The notes beneath the pieces are model-generated. The model ran no database searches and was not told the origin of the DNA. It saw only the letters and a list, made by a program, of their open reading frames with translations. From Thermoanaerobaculia bacterium (lineage in GTDB: Bacteria > Acidobacteriota > Thermoanaerobaculia > UBA5066 > Gp7-AA6): 64,000 nucleotides of DNA. Position numbers and translations under genes: made by a program. The first letter of the stretch is position 1; each line of letters starts with the position of its first letter. This document shows positions 33,652-42,039 of the stretch, piece by piece. Location: NCBI GenBank assembly GCA_038239305.1, contig JBBSEW010000007.1, forward strand, positions 21,434 to 85,433. Reading direction: 5' to 3'.

Positions 33652-35757
33652 TCACCAGATTTTCGGAACCACTTCCACGTGGAGGCGGACCGATCCGGTC
33701 ACGGGGACCGGCTCCTCGATCGACTCCGACTGCAGGCGGACGAAGGTCAGATCCGGGGTAGATGCCTCTCCCGGGCCGCGGTCCCGCAGGATCGCCGAGA
33801 CGCTCGGAGGGAGAGAGGGAAGGGCGACTCCGGCGACGACCGCGCCCGGAGCCTTCCGATACGCGAGCAGGTTGAGACTGTTCGGCGGCCGGATGCGCGC
33901 GAGGAAGTCGAGGACCTGGTCGAGCGACTGCGGGTCGGGCGGAATGGCCCCGAGGTCATAGGCCGTCGCGGACGACCCGTCTCCCACGAACACGTTCAAT
34001 GTCCCGGGGGGCGTGTCGGCGGGGATCCGGAGCGGCAGCACGACGCGGCGGCTGCTTCCCCGAAAGTCGACCAGATCCACCCACACGGGAACTTCGTCTC
34101 CGGGGCGAACCCGTTCCTTCTGCGCCTCGACGTGGAGGACCCGCGCGTTCTGCAGCCGATCCGAGTGAGCGATCTCCACATCGACGCCCAGGATCGACAG
34201 GTCGTGGAATTCATTCGCCATGAGGTAATTCGTCAAGAGCGCCAGGGAGGACACGGCCTCCTCGCGCGCCGAAAGGCCCGAGAAGACGGAATCCCAGCGG
34301 ACCGTCCTATCCGTCGTGCGGATGGACGATTTCCAGACGAGCGTCCGTTCGCCCGAGCGCTTCTCGAGCGTCGTGAGGACGTTGTCGATGGCGAGAGCGG
34401 TGAGAATCGGCGTCAGCATCGGATTGTGCACGGCCTCGAACCGGTACGTCTGGGGCGGGGCGCCGTCCGAAGAGATCCGGAGGGTGATCGGCACCATCGG
34501 CGCGCGCGACCCGAAGGTTCCGAGGATGCCAGTCGAGCGATCCTGCGTGATGGAACCCAGAACCGGTCCCGTCGCCGCGAACTTGAAGGAGCGGTAGATC
34601 GACGGAAGAACCGTGAGGACTTCTGCCTCCGCCATGGGCATCGACACCGGGCCCATCGAAAGGAAAGGATGACCGAACGCGAGAAGGGAGTTGCCCTCGA
34701 CCCATGTCACGGTGCCCGTCGCCGAAAGATCCATATCGCCCGAGAGCAACTGCGTCGCGACGGCGGAGCCAGGATGGAGACGGCGCGGATCCGCGGCCAG
34801 CTCGGGCTTGCCGGCGGTACCGGCGGCCGGCGAAGCGGAAGATGCGCCCGACGGGGCCGTCATCCAGTTCGCGCTTTCGGCAATGCGCTCGAAGAGCTTG
34901 CCCGACGGAGCGATTCCCGTGAGCGAGACCGGCAGGGGCAGAGCCGCCATGCCGTCGGAACCGGCGGGGTGAAGAGGCTTCATCAGGGCGTCCATGTGGT
35001 CCGCGAATCGGCCGCTCGAAAAGGCTGCCACGAGCTCAGCTGTCGAAACAGCTCCCGGAGTCGCGAGGGCGGCAGAAACGCCCGCGGCCTGCGAGCTCGG
35101 AGAGCTCCCGCCGCCGGTCGTGCCGCCGATCGGCACGGGAGGTCTCGCCGGAGCCTGGCGGATGTCGAGCATGCTCTGGATCGGGGTGATTCCGCAGATC
35201 GGGTCCTTCGAAAACGGCCATCCGTACGCGAGCGCGCCGATCAGCTTTCCTTCGACGTAGACCGGGCTGCCGCTCATCCCGGCGATGATCCCCGAATTCT
35301 CGAGGCCGGCACCCGACACCCGTGCGAGGATCAGATCCTGGCGTGGAGCGTAGCGTTTCAGCACGCCGAGGATCTCGACCTGGAAGCGCTGAATTCCCTT
35401 GCCGTCTCCCAGATCCGAGACGCCCCAGCCCTTCATCCCGGCGGTGAGCTTGTCGGGAGACAGCGTTTCGATCGGAGCGACCTGTGCCGCCGGGGACGGC
35501 GATGCCGGCGCGGCCTTCGCGGACTGCGCCGGGTGCGCTTTCGTCACCATCGGCACCATCGGCACCGTCAGGACAGGCGGCGGTCGCGATATCGCGCCGG
35601 CGGATTCCGCCGTCGTGGCCCAGGCAACCGATGCGGTGAGAGAGAGAGCCAGAAACGCGGCGGCGCGAATGGCGCCTTCCGAGGTCTCGACGGCGAACCG
35701 CTGCGGCCGCGCGAGAGGATTCACAGCATGCACAACGCCACGGCTTCCTGCCTGCAT
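33652..35757 (-). CDS. peptidase S55 (SpoIVB-like) domain protein, secreted
   Basis: 701-aa ORF. The N-terminal region (GIQRFQVEILGVLK...ILARVSG...IIAGMSGSPVYVEGKLIGALAYGW) matches the SpoIVB-type serine protease core. The C-terminal extension is large. Confidence 0.7.
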   Translation of the reverse strand: MQAGSRGVVHAVNPLARPQRFAVETSEGAIRAAAFLALSLTASVAWATTAESAGAISRPPPVLTVPMVPMVTKAHPAQSAKAAPASPSPAAQVAPIETLSPDKLTAGMKGWGVSDLGDGKGIQRFQVEILGVLKRYAPRQDLILARVSGAGLENSGIIAGMSGSPVYVEGKLIGALAYGWPFSKDPICGITPIQSMLDIRQAPARPPVPIGGTTGGGSSPSSQAAGVSAALATPGAVSTAELVAAFSSGRFADHMDALMKPLHPAGSDGMAALPLPVSLTGIAPSGKLFERIAESANWMTAPSGASSASPAAGTAGKPELAADPRRLHPGSAVATQLLSGDMDLSATGTVTWVEGNSLLAFGHPFLSMGPVSMPMAEAEVLTVLPSIYRSFKFAATGPVLGSITQDRSTGILGTFGSRAPMVPITLRISSDGAPPQTYRFEAVHNPMLTPILTALAIDNVLTTLEKRSGERTLVWKSSIRTTDRTVRWDSVFSGLSAREEAVSSLALLTNYLMANEFHDLSILGVDVEIAHSDRLQNARVLHVEAQKERVRPGDEVPVWVDLVDFRGSSRRVVLPLRIPADTPPGTLNVFVGDGSSATAYDLGAIPPDPQSLDQVLDFLARIRPPNSLNLLAYRKAPGAVVAGVALPSLPPSVSAILRDRGPGEASTPDLTFVRLQSESIEEPVPVTGSVRLHVEVVPKIW

Positions 35758-35798
35758 TCCCTTTGACCGCTTCCGGCCCGTATGTTACGGTCAAAACA

Positions 35799-36548
35799 AT
35801 GTTGTTCGCGCTTTTGCAGCCCGTCCGCGCCGAGAATCTCCCGGCCGGCGGCGACTCCCTCCTCGTTTTCTTCCGCGAAACAGGCCCCACGGCGAAGATC
35901 GTCCTCGGGATCCTGCTCTTCTTCTCGCTCGTGTCGTGGGTGATCATTTTCGCCAAATTCATCCGGTTGCGGCGCGTCGCCGGCCAGTCCGAGAAGTTCG
36001 TCGCGTTCTTCCGGAAGTCGAAGCGGTTCTCGGAGGTCAACACGATCGCCGCCCAGCTCACGGATTCCCCGCTGACGACGCTCTTCAAAGCGGGTTACGC
36101 CGAGCTCGACGCGCAGGTGAAGGCTAACCGCCCCGAGGATCCGGCCGTCACCGCGGCCGGGACGCCCGCCGGAAAGCTCCTCATCAAGAACATCGCCGGG
36201 GTCGAGCGCGCTCTCGAGCGGGCGATCGGCGTGGAAGTCGCGCGTCTCACCCGATACATGACGTTTCTCGCCACGACGGCGTCCGCCTGTCCTTTCATCG
36301 GGCTCTTCGGAACCGTCTGGGGAATCATGCAGTCGTTTCGTGCGATCGGAAACACGGGCTCGACGTCGATCGCCGCGGTGGCTCCGGGCATTTCCGAGGC
36401 GCTCGTGAATACAGCCGCCGGACTGGCCGCGGCCATTCCCGCCCTGATTTTCTACAACTACTTCATGGGTCAGGTCCGCGCGCAGCGCGCGGGAATGGAG
36501 GATTTCTCCCTCGAGTTCATTAATCTGGCGGAAAGAAATTTCACCTGA
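35799..36548 (+). CDS. tolQ: Tol-Pal system protein TolQ (MotA/TolQ/ExbB channel)
   Basis: ATG at 35799. It has three TM helices and the conserved C-terminal motif GLFGTVWGIMQSF...APGISEALVNTAAGLAAAIPA. Confidence 0.9.
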   Translation: MLFALLQPVRAENLPAGGDSLLVFFRETGPTAKIVLGILLFFSLVSWVIIFAKFIRLRRVAGQSEKFVAFFRKSKRFSEVNTIAAQLTDSPLTTLFKAGYAELDAQVKANRPEDPAVTAAGTPAGKLLIKNIAGVERALERAIGVEVARLTRYMTFLATTASACPFIGLFGTVWGIMQSFRAIGNTGSTSIAAVAPGISEALVNTAAGLAAAIPALIFYNYFMGQVRAQRAGMEDFSLEFINLAERNFT

Positions 36549-36561
36549 GAAAAAGTCTTCC

Positions 36562-36698
36562 GTTCTCAGTTCTCAGTTCTCAGTTCTCAGCTCTCAGTTC
36601 TGATCCTTACGCCTCGCACTTTTCACCCAACCCGAGGAACGACGAGCGAAGCGGAAAACCGATAACCGAAAACTGACAACCGATGACTCACAACTGAC
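36562..36698. repeat. Short-tandem-repeat locus L6: (GTTCTCA)x6 and (GANAACY)x6-7 in the tolQ-tolR spacer
   Basis: GTTCTCA heptamers at 36562-36603. GAAAACC GATAACC GAAAACT GACAACC GATGACT CACAACT GAC(ATG) at 36654-36698, running into the tolR start codon. Confidence 0.95.
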
Positions 36699-37136
36699 AT
36701 GGCCTTTCAACGACAGAGCGGCGGCGATCCCTTCGACCACCTGGCGGATATCAACGTCACGCCGCTGGTCGACGTCATGCTCGTGCTGCTCATCATCTTC
36801 ATGGTCACGGCGCCGATGCTCCACCAGGGAGTTGCGGTCGCTCTTCCGAAGACGGCGACCACGAACCTGCCGTCGAGCGTGGAGGACCCGATCATTCTCT
36901 CCATCACCCGCGACGGCCTGTACTACATCAACGAGTCGCCTGTGGCGCGAGGATTGCTCAAGGAACGACTCGGAGCATTCCTGAAGACGAGAAAAGACCG
37001 CACTGTGTTTCTCAAGGCCGACAAGGCGCTGTCTTACGGGACCGTCGTCGAGACGCTCGACGTCTTGAACCGCATGGGAATCGAGAACCTCGGCATGATC
37101 ACCGAGACCCCCGGAAACCGGAAGAGCTCTCGCTGA
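36699..37136 (+). CDS. tolR: Tol-Pal system protein TolR (ExbD family)
   Basis: 145-aa ORF with INVTPLVDVMLVLLIIFMV and an ExbD periplasmic domain. Confidence 0.9.
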   Translation: MAFQRQSGGDPFDHLADINVTPLVDVMLVLLIIFMVTAPMLHQGVAVALPKTATTNLPSSVEDPIILSITRDGLYYINESPVARGLLKERLGAFLKTRKDRTVFLKADKALSYGTVVETLDVLNRMGIENLGMITETPGNRKSSR

Positions 37137-37909
37137 TGGACGCCGTCGGCGACGTTCTCGCGGCGCGTGACGGGGATCGGATTCCGTGGACGACGGGAAT
37201 CTCGCTCGCCGTTCTTCTGCACGCCTCGGTGGCGGCCGTTCTGCTGATCTCGACGATGTCCTCGCCCGCGCGTTTTGTACCGGGACGGACGCTCGCCGTC
37301 CGGCTGCAGTCAGCGGGCTCCCTCAAGGGCAAGGCCGTCGACCTCGCGCCCGCTCCGGCCCCCGCCCCCGCTCCGGAAGAGGCGGCGAAACCGAAGATCC
37401 TGAAGCCGCCGGATGAGGTTCCGCCGCCCCCTTCGGAGAAGGCGCGACTTCTCCCGGCGAAGGAGCTTCCGAAGAAGAGTCCTCCCCTGCCCGCTTATAC
37501 GGATCCGAAAGGGCGCGCGGCGACCTCCACGGCGAGCGCACCGCCCCGTCCCGCCGATGCGCATCCGGAGAGCGGCGCCGCCGGGACCGGGACCGGAGGC
37601 TCTGGCAATGGAGTCGGCGGCCTCACATTCGACCAGCCCGGATTCAACTACCCCTACTACTACGAGCGCGTGAAAATCGCGATCGAGACGAACTGGTTCA
37701 AGCCGGCCAGCTCCATTCCCACTGCTCCGGTCGTCCACTTCTCGATCCAGAAGGATGGGACGATCACCGATGCCGAGCTCGTGACCTCGAGCGGGCTTCC
37801 GTATGTCGATCGGGCGGCTCTCCGCGCCGTCATGGCGGCTTCGCCCCTCCCCCCGCTTCCGAGCGATTTCTCGTCCGGGCGAATCGGTCTCTCGGTGCTG
37901 TTCGAATGA
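37136..37909 (+). CDS. tolA: TolA / TonB-family energy-transducing protein
   Basis: 257-aa ORF with an N-terminal TM helix, a Pro/Ala/Lys-rich linker and a TonB_C-like C-terminus (YYERVKIAIETNW...VVHFSIQKDGTITDAELVTSSG). The call also rests on its position in the tol cluster. ATGA overlap with tolR. Confidence 0.78.
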   Translation: MDAVGDVLAARDGDRIPWTTGISLAVLLHASVAAVLLISTMSSPARFVPGRTLAVRLQSAGSLKGKAVDLAPAPAPAPAPEEAAKPKILKPPDEVPPPPSEKARLLPAKELPKKSPPLPAYTDPKGRAATSTASAPPRPADAHPESGAAGTGTGGSGNGVGGLTFDQPGFNYPYYYERVKIAIETNWFKPASSIPTAPVVHFSIQKDGTITDAELVTSSGLPYVDRAALRAVMAASPLPPLPSDFSSGRIGLSVLFE

Positions 37910-39243
37910 GGCGCATCGCGGGCCGGCTGATTTGGTCGGGGCTGGTGGCCGGCTTCGCTCTGGCCTCCCCTCTCTCGGCGCAGGCTCCCGGGCCGCCGCC
38001 GACACCGGCTGCCGCGGGCGGCGTGATCGTCATCACAGGCGGCCCCGGGCGCAAGATGCCGATGTCCGTGCCCCCGCTTCTGGCGCCGGGCGTCGCCGCC
38101 CTCCAGTCCAAGATCTCGGATCCCTTCACGGCCACGCTCCGGTCGGACCTCGACTACTCGAGCGCCTTCGTCGTCACGGACGCGAAGAACGATCCCTCGG
38201 GCTCCCGCGACGTCGCCACGACGGATACGGCGAATCGTTGGCTGTCGACCGGCGCGGAGATTCTCGTCGACAGCCGCGGCGACGTGGCCGGCGACCGGGT
38301 GTCGGTCGAAGCGCGCGTGTGGGATCTCAAGTCCCGCAAGATGATTTTCGGGCGGCGCTATTCGGGAGGCGTCGGATACGTCGAGCGGATTGCGCACACT
38401 CTCGCCAACGACATACTGAAGGAGCTGACGGGCCAGATCGGCTCGTATCTCTCGACGATCCTGTACGTCTCCGACCGGGACGGCGGCGGGAACAAAGAGC
38501 TCTACGCAATGGATTTCGACGGCCGCAACGGCCGCCGGATGACGAACCACCACGCGCTCGTTCTCAACCCGGACGCGCACGCGGGAAAAGTGGTGTTCAC
38601 GAGCTACGTGAAGCGGTATCCGCAGATCTGGATCATGAATTCCGACGGATCCAACCAGAAGGAGCTTCCAACCGGGCTCGAGCTGAACGCGTCTCCCGCG
38701 CTCTCCCCCGACGGCTCCCAGGTCGCCTTCTCCGGGTCCGCCAGAGGCAACCCCGACATCTACGTCGTGAATGCGGCCGGAGGCGGTTTGCGCCGGCTGA
38801 CGAGCACGCGAGCGCTCGAGGCGTCACCCGACTGGTCGCCGACCGGCCGCCAGATCCTTTACACGTCCGATCAGACCGGATCCCCGCAGATCTGGGTGAT
38901 GGACGTGGAAGGGACGAACCAGCGGCGGATGACGTTCGCCGGGAACTGGAACGATGAAGCGGCGTGGTCCCCGAAGGGCGACAAGATCGCCTTCGCCTGC
39001 CGCAATGAGGGCGACTTCAACATCTGCGTCATGGACTTCGCGACCGGCAACACCGTGCAGCTGACGGGCGAGGGATCGAATGACCATCCGGCGTGGTCCC
39101 CCGACGGAACGAAGATCGTCTACCAGTCCCGCCGCGGCGGAGGCGGCCCGTACCAGATCTATACGATGGACGCTCAGGACGGGAAGAACAAGCGCCAGCT
39201 GACGAGCGGCGGCTCGAACATGCAGCCCGTGTGGCTCCCCTGA
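37906..39243 (+). CDS. tolB: Tol-Pal system beta-propeller protein TolB
   Basis: 445-aa ORF with a signal peptide, a TolB N-domain and repeated blades of the form SP.WSPDG..IAF/VY.S.R.G...I. Confidence 0.92.
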   Translation: MRRIAGRLIWSGLVAGFALASPLSAQAPGPPPTPAAAGGVIVITGGPGRKMPMSVPPLLAPGVAALQSKISDPFTATLRSDLDYSSAFVVTDAKNDPSGSRDVATTDTANRWLSTGAEILVDSRGDVAGDRVSVEARVWDLKSRKMIFGRRYSGGVGYVERIAHTLANDILKELTGQIGSYLSTILYVSDRDGGGNKELYAMDFDGRNGRRMTNHHALVLNPDAHAGKVVFTSYVKRYPQIWIMNSDGSNQKELPTGLELNASPALSPDGSQVAFSGSARGNPDIYVVNAAGGGLRRLTSTRALEASPDWSPTGRQILYTSDQTGSPQIWVMDVEGTNQRRMTFAGNWNDEAAWSPKGDKIAFACRNEGDFNICVMDFATGNTVQLTGEGSNDHPAWSPDGTKIVYQSRRGGGGPYQIYTMDAQDGKNKRQLTSGGSNMQPVWLP

Positions 39244-39355
39244 ACCCGGAAGACCGCCACGAGGCGCCCGGCGGGGAGAAGAAGCGGCGCAGGCGGCGAC
39301 GGCCGCCCGCAATTCGGCACTCGCGGGCTTCCCATATCCGGGAAGTTCCTTTCTT

Positions 39356-39364
39356 TGCTATAAT
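39356..39364 (+). promoter_or_regulatory. extended -10 promoter element TGCTATAAT upstream of pal
   Basis: The AT-rich island ttcctttctttGCTATAATttctgg stands out in GC-rich DNA, 54 nt before the pal ATG. An AAGGAG ribosome-binding site follows at 39406-39411. Confidence 0.4.
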
Positions 39365-39417
39365 TTCTGGTTCGCGCGCGTTTTTGGCGCGATCCGCTTA
39401 ACGACAAGGAGACGGGA

Positions 39418-39981
39418 ATGAAGAGAACAACTATCCGGACTTTTGCGGTCCTCTTCGCACTGGCGGCGACCCTGCCGTTCGCCGCATGTGCGAAAAAGCC
39501 CCCCACCACGACGGAGTCCAACAAGCCGACCGAAGCGCCGACCACGCCGAGGAACGAGACGCAGGTCGCCCCTCCGTCCTCGTCGAACGCCACGAACGTC
39601 CAGAGCGAGGAGATCCCGGCCGATCTCACCGCACTGAACCAGAAGGGGTATCTCAAGGACGCGTTCTTCGACTACAACAAGTCGGACCTGCGCGATGACG
39701 CGCGCGCGGCTCTCTCCGCGAACGCCGAGTGGCTCAAGGCGCACGCCAGCACGCAGTTCCTGGTCGAAGGACACTGTGACGACCGCGGAACGACGGAATT
39801 CAACCTCGCGCTCGGCGACAAGCGCGCGAATGCCGCCCGCGAGTACCTCACGTCGCTCGGCATCGACGGCTCCCGGATCCGCACCGTTTCCTATGGCAAG
39901 GAGCGCCCCTTCTGCACCGCCGAGACGGAAGATTGCTGGCAGCAGAACCGCCGCGCGCACTTCCTCTTCACCGCGAGGTAG
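39418..39981 (+). CDS. pal: peptidoglycan-associated lipoprotein Pal (OmpA family)
   Basis: 187-aa ORF with lipobox LPFAAC and an OmpA-like domain (FDYNKSDL...EGHCDDRGTTEFNLALGDKRA...NRRAHF). Confidence 0.92.
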   Translation: MKRTTIRTFAVLFALAATLPFAACAKKPPTTTESNKPTEAPTTPRNETQVAPPSSSNATNVQSEEIPADLTALNQKGYLKDAFFDYNKSDLRDDARAALSANAEWLKAHASTQFLVEGHCDDRGTTEFNLALGDKRANAAREYLTSLGIDGSRIRTVSYGKERPFCTAETEDCWQQNRRAHFLFTAR

Positions 39982-39988
39982 ATCCCCG

Positions 39989-40900
39989 ATGCCCGTTTCC
40001 CGGCGATCTCCTTTTCTCACGCTCCTGCTCCTGCCGGCCGTCCTGGTGGGAGCGGGCTGCGTGTCGAACGACGACATCGAGGGTCTCCATCGCCAGATGA
40101 GCGACATCGAGACCCAGATCCAGGCCCTCGAGCGCAAGTCGTCCAGCAAGGAAGAGGTCGCGAAGCTCAACACGAACGTCGCCGCACAAACCACGCAGCT
40201 CCTGAAGAGCAACGCGGACACCGGCGTGAAACTGACCGAGCTCGCCACCAAGATGGAGCAGCTCGAAGCGAAGCTCGAGGACACGAACCGCCGCCTCTCG
40301 CAGCTGTCGCAGCAGATCGCGGAAACACAGGGCGACCTCGCCCGTATGCGCGGATCGGCATCCATTCTCGCGACACCGCCCCCGGGCTCCGCCGGGGCCA
40401 ACTCGTCGACGATCGGCGTCCCGACCTCCAGCCGGCCCGGGACGGCCTCTTCCAGCTCCGGTGCGCCCGACACCACGGTAGTGCGCGCCCCGGGCGCCCT
40501 CGGATCCGGTCATCCCTCGCCGGCCGATCTCTACGACACGGCGTACGGGGACTACGGCAAGGGCCGTTACGCGCTGGCGATCCAGGGATTCACCGAGTAC
40601 ATCGAGGCGTACCCGAACACCGATCTGACGGACAACGCGCAGTACTGGATCGGGGAGTCGCACTACGCGCAGAAGAAGTACAAGGAATCCATCGTCGACT
40701 TCGACAAGGTTCTCAAGGGATGGCCGAAGAGCGACAAGGCCTCGGCCGCCCTCCTCAAGAAGGGCTATGCACTCCTCGAGCTCAACCAGAAGGCGGAAGC
40801 CGTCGTCGAGCTCCAGTATGTGATCCACGAATTTCCCTCGGCCGAGGAAGCTCGGCTCGCCCGTTCCCGGTTGAAGACCCTCGGAATCGAAGTCCGGTAG
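39989..40900 (+). CDS. cpoB: Tol-Pal system protein CpoB/YbgF
   Basis: ATG at 39989 with a lipoprotein-type signal (LVGAGC). It has an N-terminal coiled coil and a C-terminal TPR region (YDTAYGDYGKGRYALAIQGFTEYIEAYPN...AQYWIGESHY). Confidence 0.88.
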   Translation: MPVSRRSPFLTLLLLPAVLVGAGCVSNDDIEGLHRQMSDIETQIQALERKSSSKEEVAKLNTNVAAQTTQLLKSNADTGVKLTELATKMEQLEAKLEDTNRRLSQLSQQIAETQGDLARMRGSASILATPPPGSAGANSSTIGVPTSSRPGTASSSSGAPDTTVVRAPGALGSGHPSPADLYDTAYGDYGKGRYALAIQGFTEYIEAYPNTDLTDNAQYWIGESHYAQKKYKESIVDFDKVLKGWPKSDKASAALLKKGYALLELNQKAEAVVELQYVIHEFPSAEEARLARSRLKTLGIEVR

Positions 40901-41013
40901 GAACAACCGCAATCGGAACAGGGGCCGTTGAAAGGCTCCGGCGAAACAGCGCCGCGTCCCGTATTCGCCGTCCGTTTGCGGTATCAGTAAAACAGCCGTT
41001 ATCAGCAAACAGA

Positions 41014-41069
41014 GTTCAGCAGTTCAGAAGTTCAGAAGTTGAGAAGAGCAGCAGAGAAGAGGAGAGAGG
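41014..41069. repeat. Short-tandem-repeat locus L7: (GTTCAGAA)x4 decaying into purine-only octamers, in the rpsT leader
   Basis: GTTCAGCA GTTCAGAA GTTCAGAA GTTGAGAA GAGCAGCA GAGAAGAG GAGAGAGG. The array ends 4 nt before the rpsT ATG. An imperfect TATCAG-N-AAACAG direct repeat precedes it at about 40982-41012. Confidence 0.92.
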
Positions 41070-41073
41070 CGTC

Positions 41074-41340
41074 ATGGCGAACATCAAATCCGCGGAGAAG
41101 CGGATCCGGCAGACGGCGAAGAAGCAGGCGAAGAACAAGGGCGTCCGGTCCCGGCTCAAGACCTCGCTGAAGAATCATCGCGCGAGCGAGACCTCGGCGC
41201 AGAAGGAAAAGCTTTCCGGAACCTATTCGGAGATCGACATTGCCCGCAAGAAGGGCGTGATCCACCGGAACGCCGCCGCGCGATACAAGTCGCGGCTCGC
41301 GAAAAAGGCCGCCGCGAAACCCGCTGCCGCCAAGGCCTAG
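41074..41340 (+). CDS. rpsT: 30S ribosomal protein S20
   Basis: ATG at 41074. The product begins MANIKSAEKRIRQTAKKQAKNKGVRSRLKT... and is 88 aa and very basic. Confidence 0.95.
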   Translation: MANIKSAEKRIRQTAKKQAKNKGVRSRLKTSLKNHRASETSAQKEKLSGTYSEIDIARKKGVIHRNAAARYKSRLAKKAAAKPAAAKA

Positions 41341-41406
41341 CCTAGCTCCGGGGCCGATTCGGTTCGAGGGTGCGGAACGCGACCCGGGCGTTCAGGCGCT
41401 CCCCGT

Positions 41407-41427
41407 GAGGCGAGAGGCGAGAGGCCA
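41407..41427. repeat. (GAGGCGA)x3 heptamer array
   Basis: GAGGCGA GAGGCGA GAGGCCA, in the convergent spacer between rpsT and lptE. Confidence 0.85.
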
Positions 41428-41471
41428 CGGCGGAAAGCCGACGGGCGGCGCGCTGACTTGCTCTTTTCCTT

Positions 41472-42038
41472 TCAAAAACCTTCGAGGATGCTGGAGACGA
41501 GGCTCGCCGCGAAGCGTTCGGCCACCCGGTCGATCGCTTCGTTCTCCCGGTCCACGTATGCGGCGGCGCTGGTAGCGAACGAGTAGTTGTCCTGGAAGGT
41601 GTACGACGGGTTCTCCCAGATCACCTTCTCGTCGGCTACGGTCTTCAACTGCACCCGCGCGGTGATGCGGACCTGATATTCGCGCGCCCGTCCGGCGTCG
41701 TCGAACGACACCGGATAGAGGTCGAACGCCGTGACGGCTCCGGTCAGGGAGGCGTCGGATCCGGCCGCCTGCGGCTGAACGTGAAACCGGCCCCGGCTCG
41801 AGAGCTCGCGCGAAATCTGACCGGAGAGGCGCTGTTCGACTCCGACCCGCGGCGTCTGGTTCGCCAGCGTTTCGAACTGCAGCACTTTGATCGAGGCCGG
41901 GAGGGTCGACGTCCGGCCGACGAGCCCGTAGCCGCATCCTCCGCTGGCCAGCGCCAGAGCACAGAGGAGCGTCCCGAGCGCGCCGGCGGATTTCGTTCGA
42001 AGTCGGCGTTTGATCCCGGCCATTACCCCTGTCCTCAC
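41472..42038 (-). CDS. lptE: LptE-like LPS-assembly lipoprotein
   Basis: 188-aa ORF with lipobox LASGGC. It sits immediately downstream of leuS with a 1-nt gap, which is the conserved leuS-lptE synteny. Direct sequence similarity is only weakly recognisable by eye. Confidence 0.7.
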   Translation of the reverse strand: MRTGVMAGIKRRLRTKSAGALGTLLCALALASGGCGYGLVGRTSTLPASIKVLQFETLANQTPRVGVEQRLSGQISRELSSRGRFHVQPQAAGSDASLTGAVTAFDLYPVSFDDAGRAREYQVRITARVQLKTVADEKVIWENPSYTFQDNYSFATSAAAYVDRENEAIDRVAERFAASLVSSILEGF

Positions 42039-42039
42039 T

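Noticed and set aside
39695-39988. N-terminal extension of the cpoB ORF (track ORF 39695-40900) overlapping pal
   Set aside because: The extension is out of frame within pal and Arg/Ser/Pro-rich. The ATG at 39989 gives a proper lipoprotein-type signal peptide, 8 nt after the pal stop.
41341-41471. Rho-independent terminators at convergent gene ends (after rpsT/lptE, the ADOP permease/aminotransferase and msrA)
   Set aside because: I found no GC-stem followed by a T-run on the relevant strands, so no terminator features were called.
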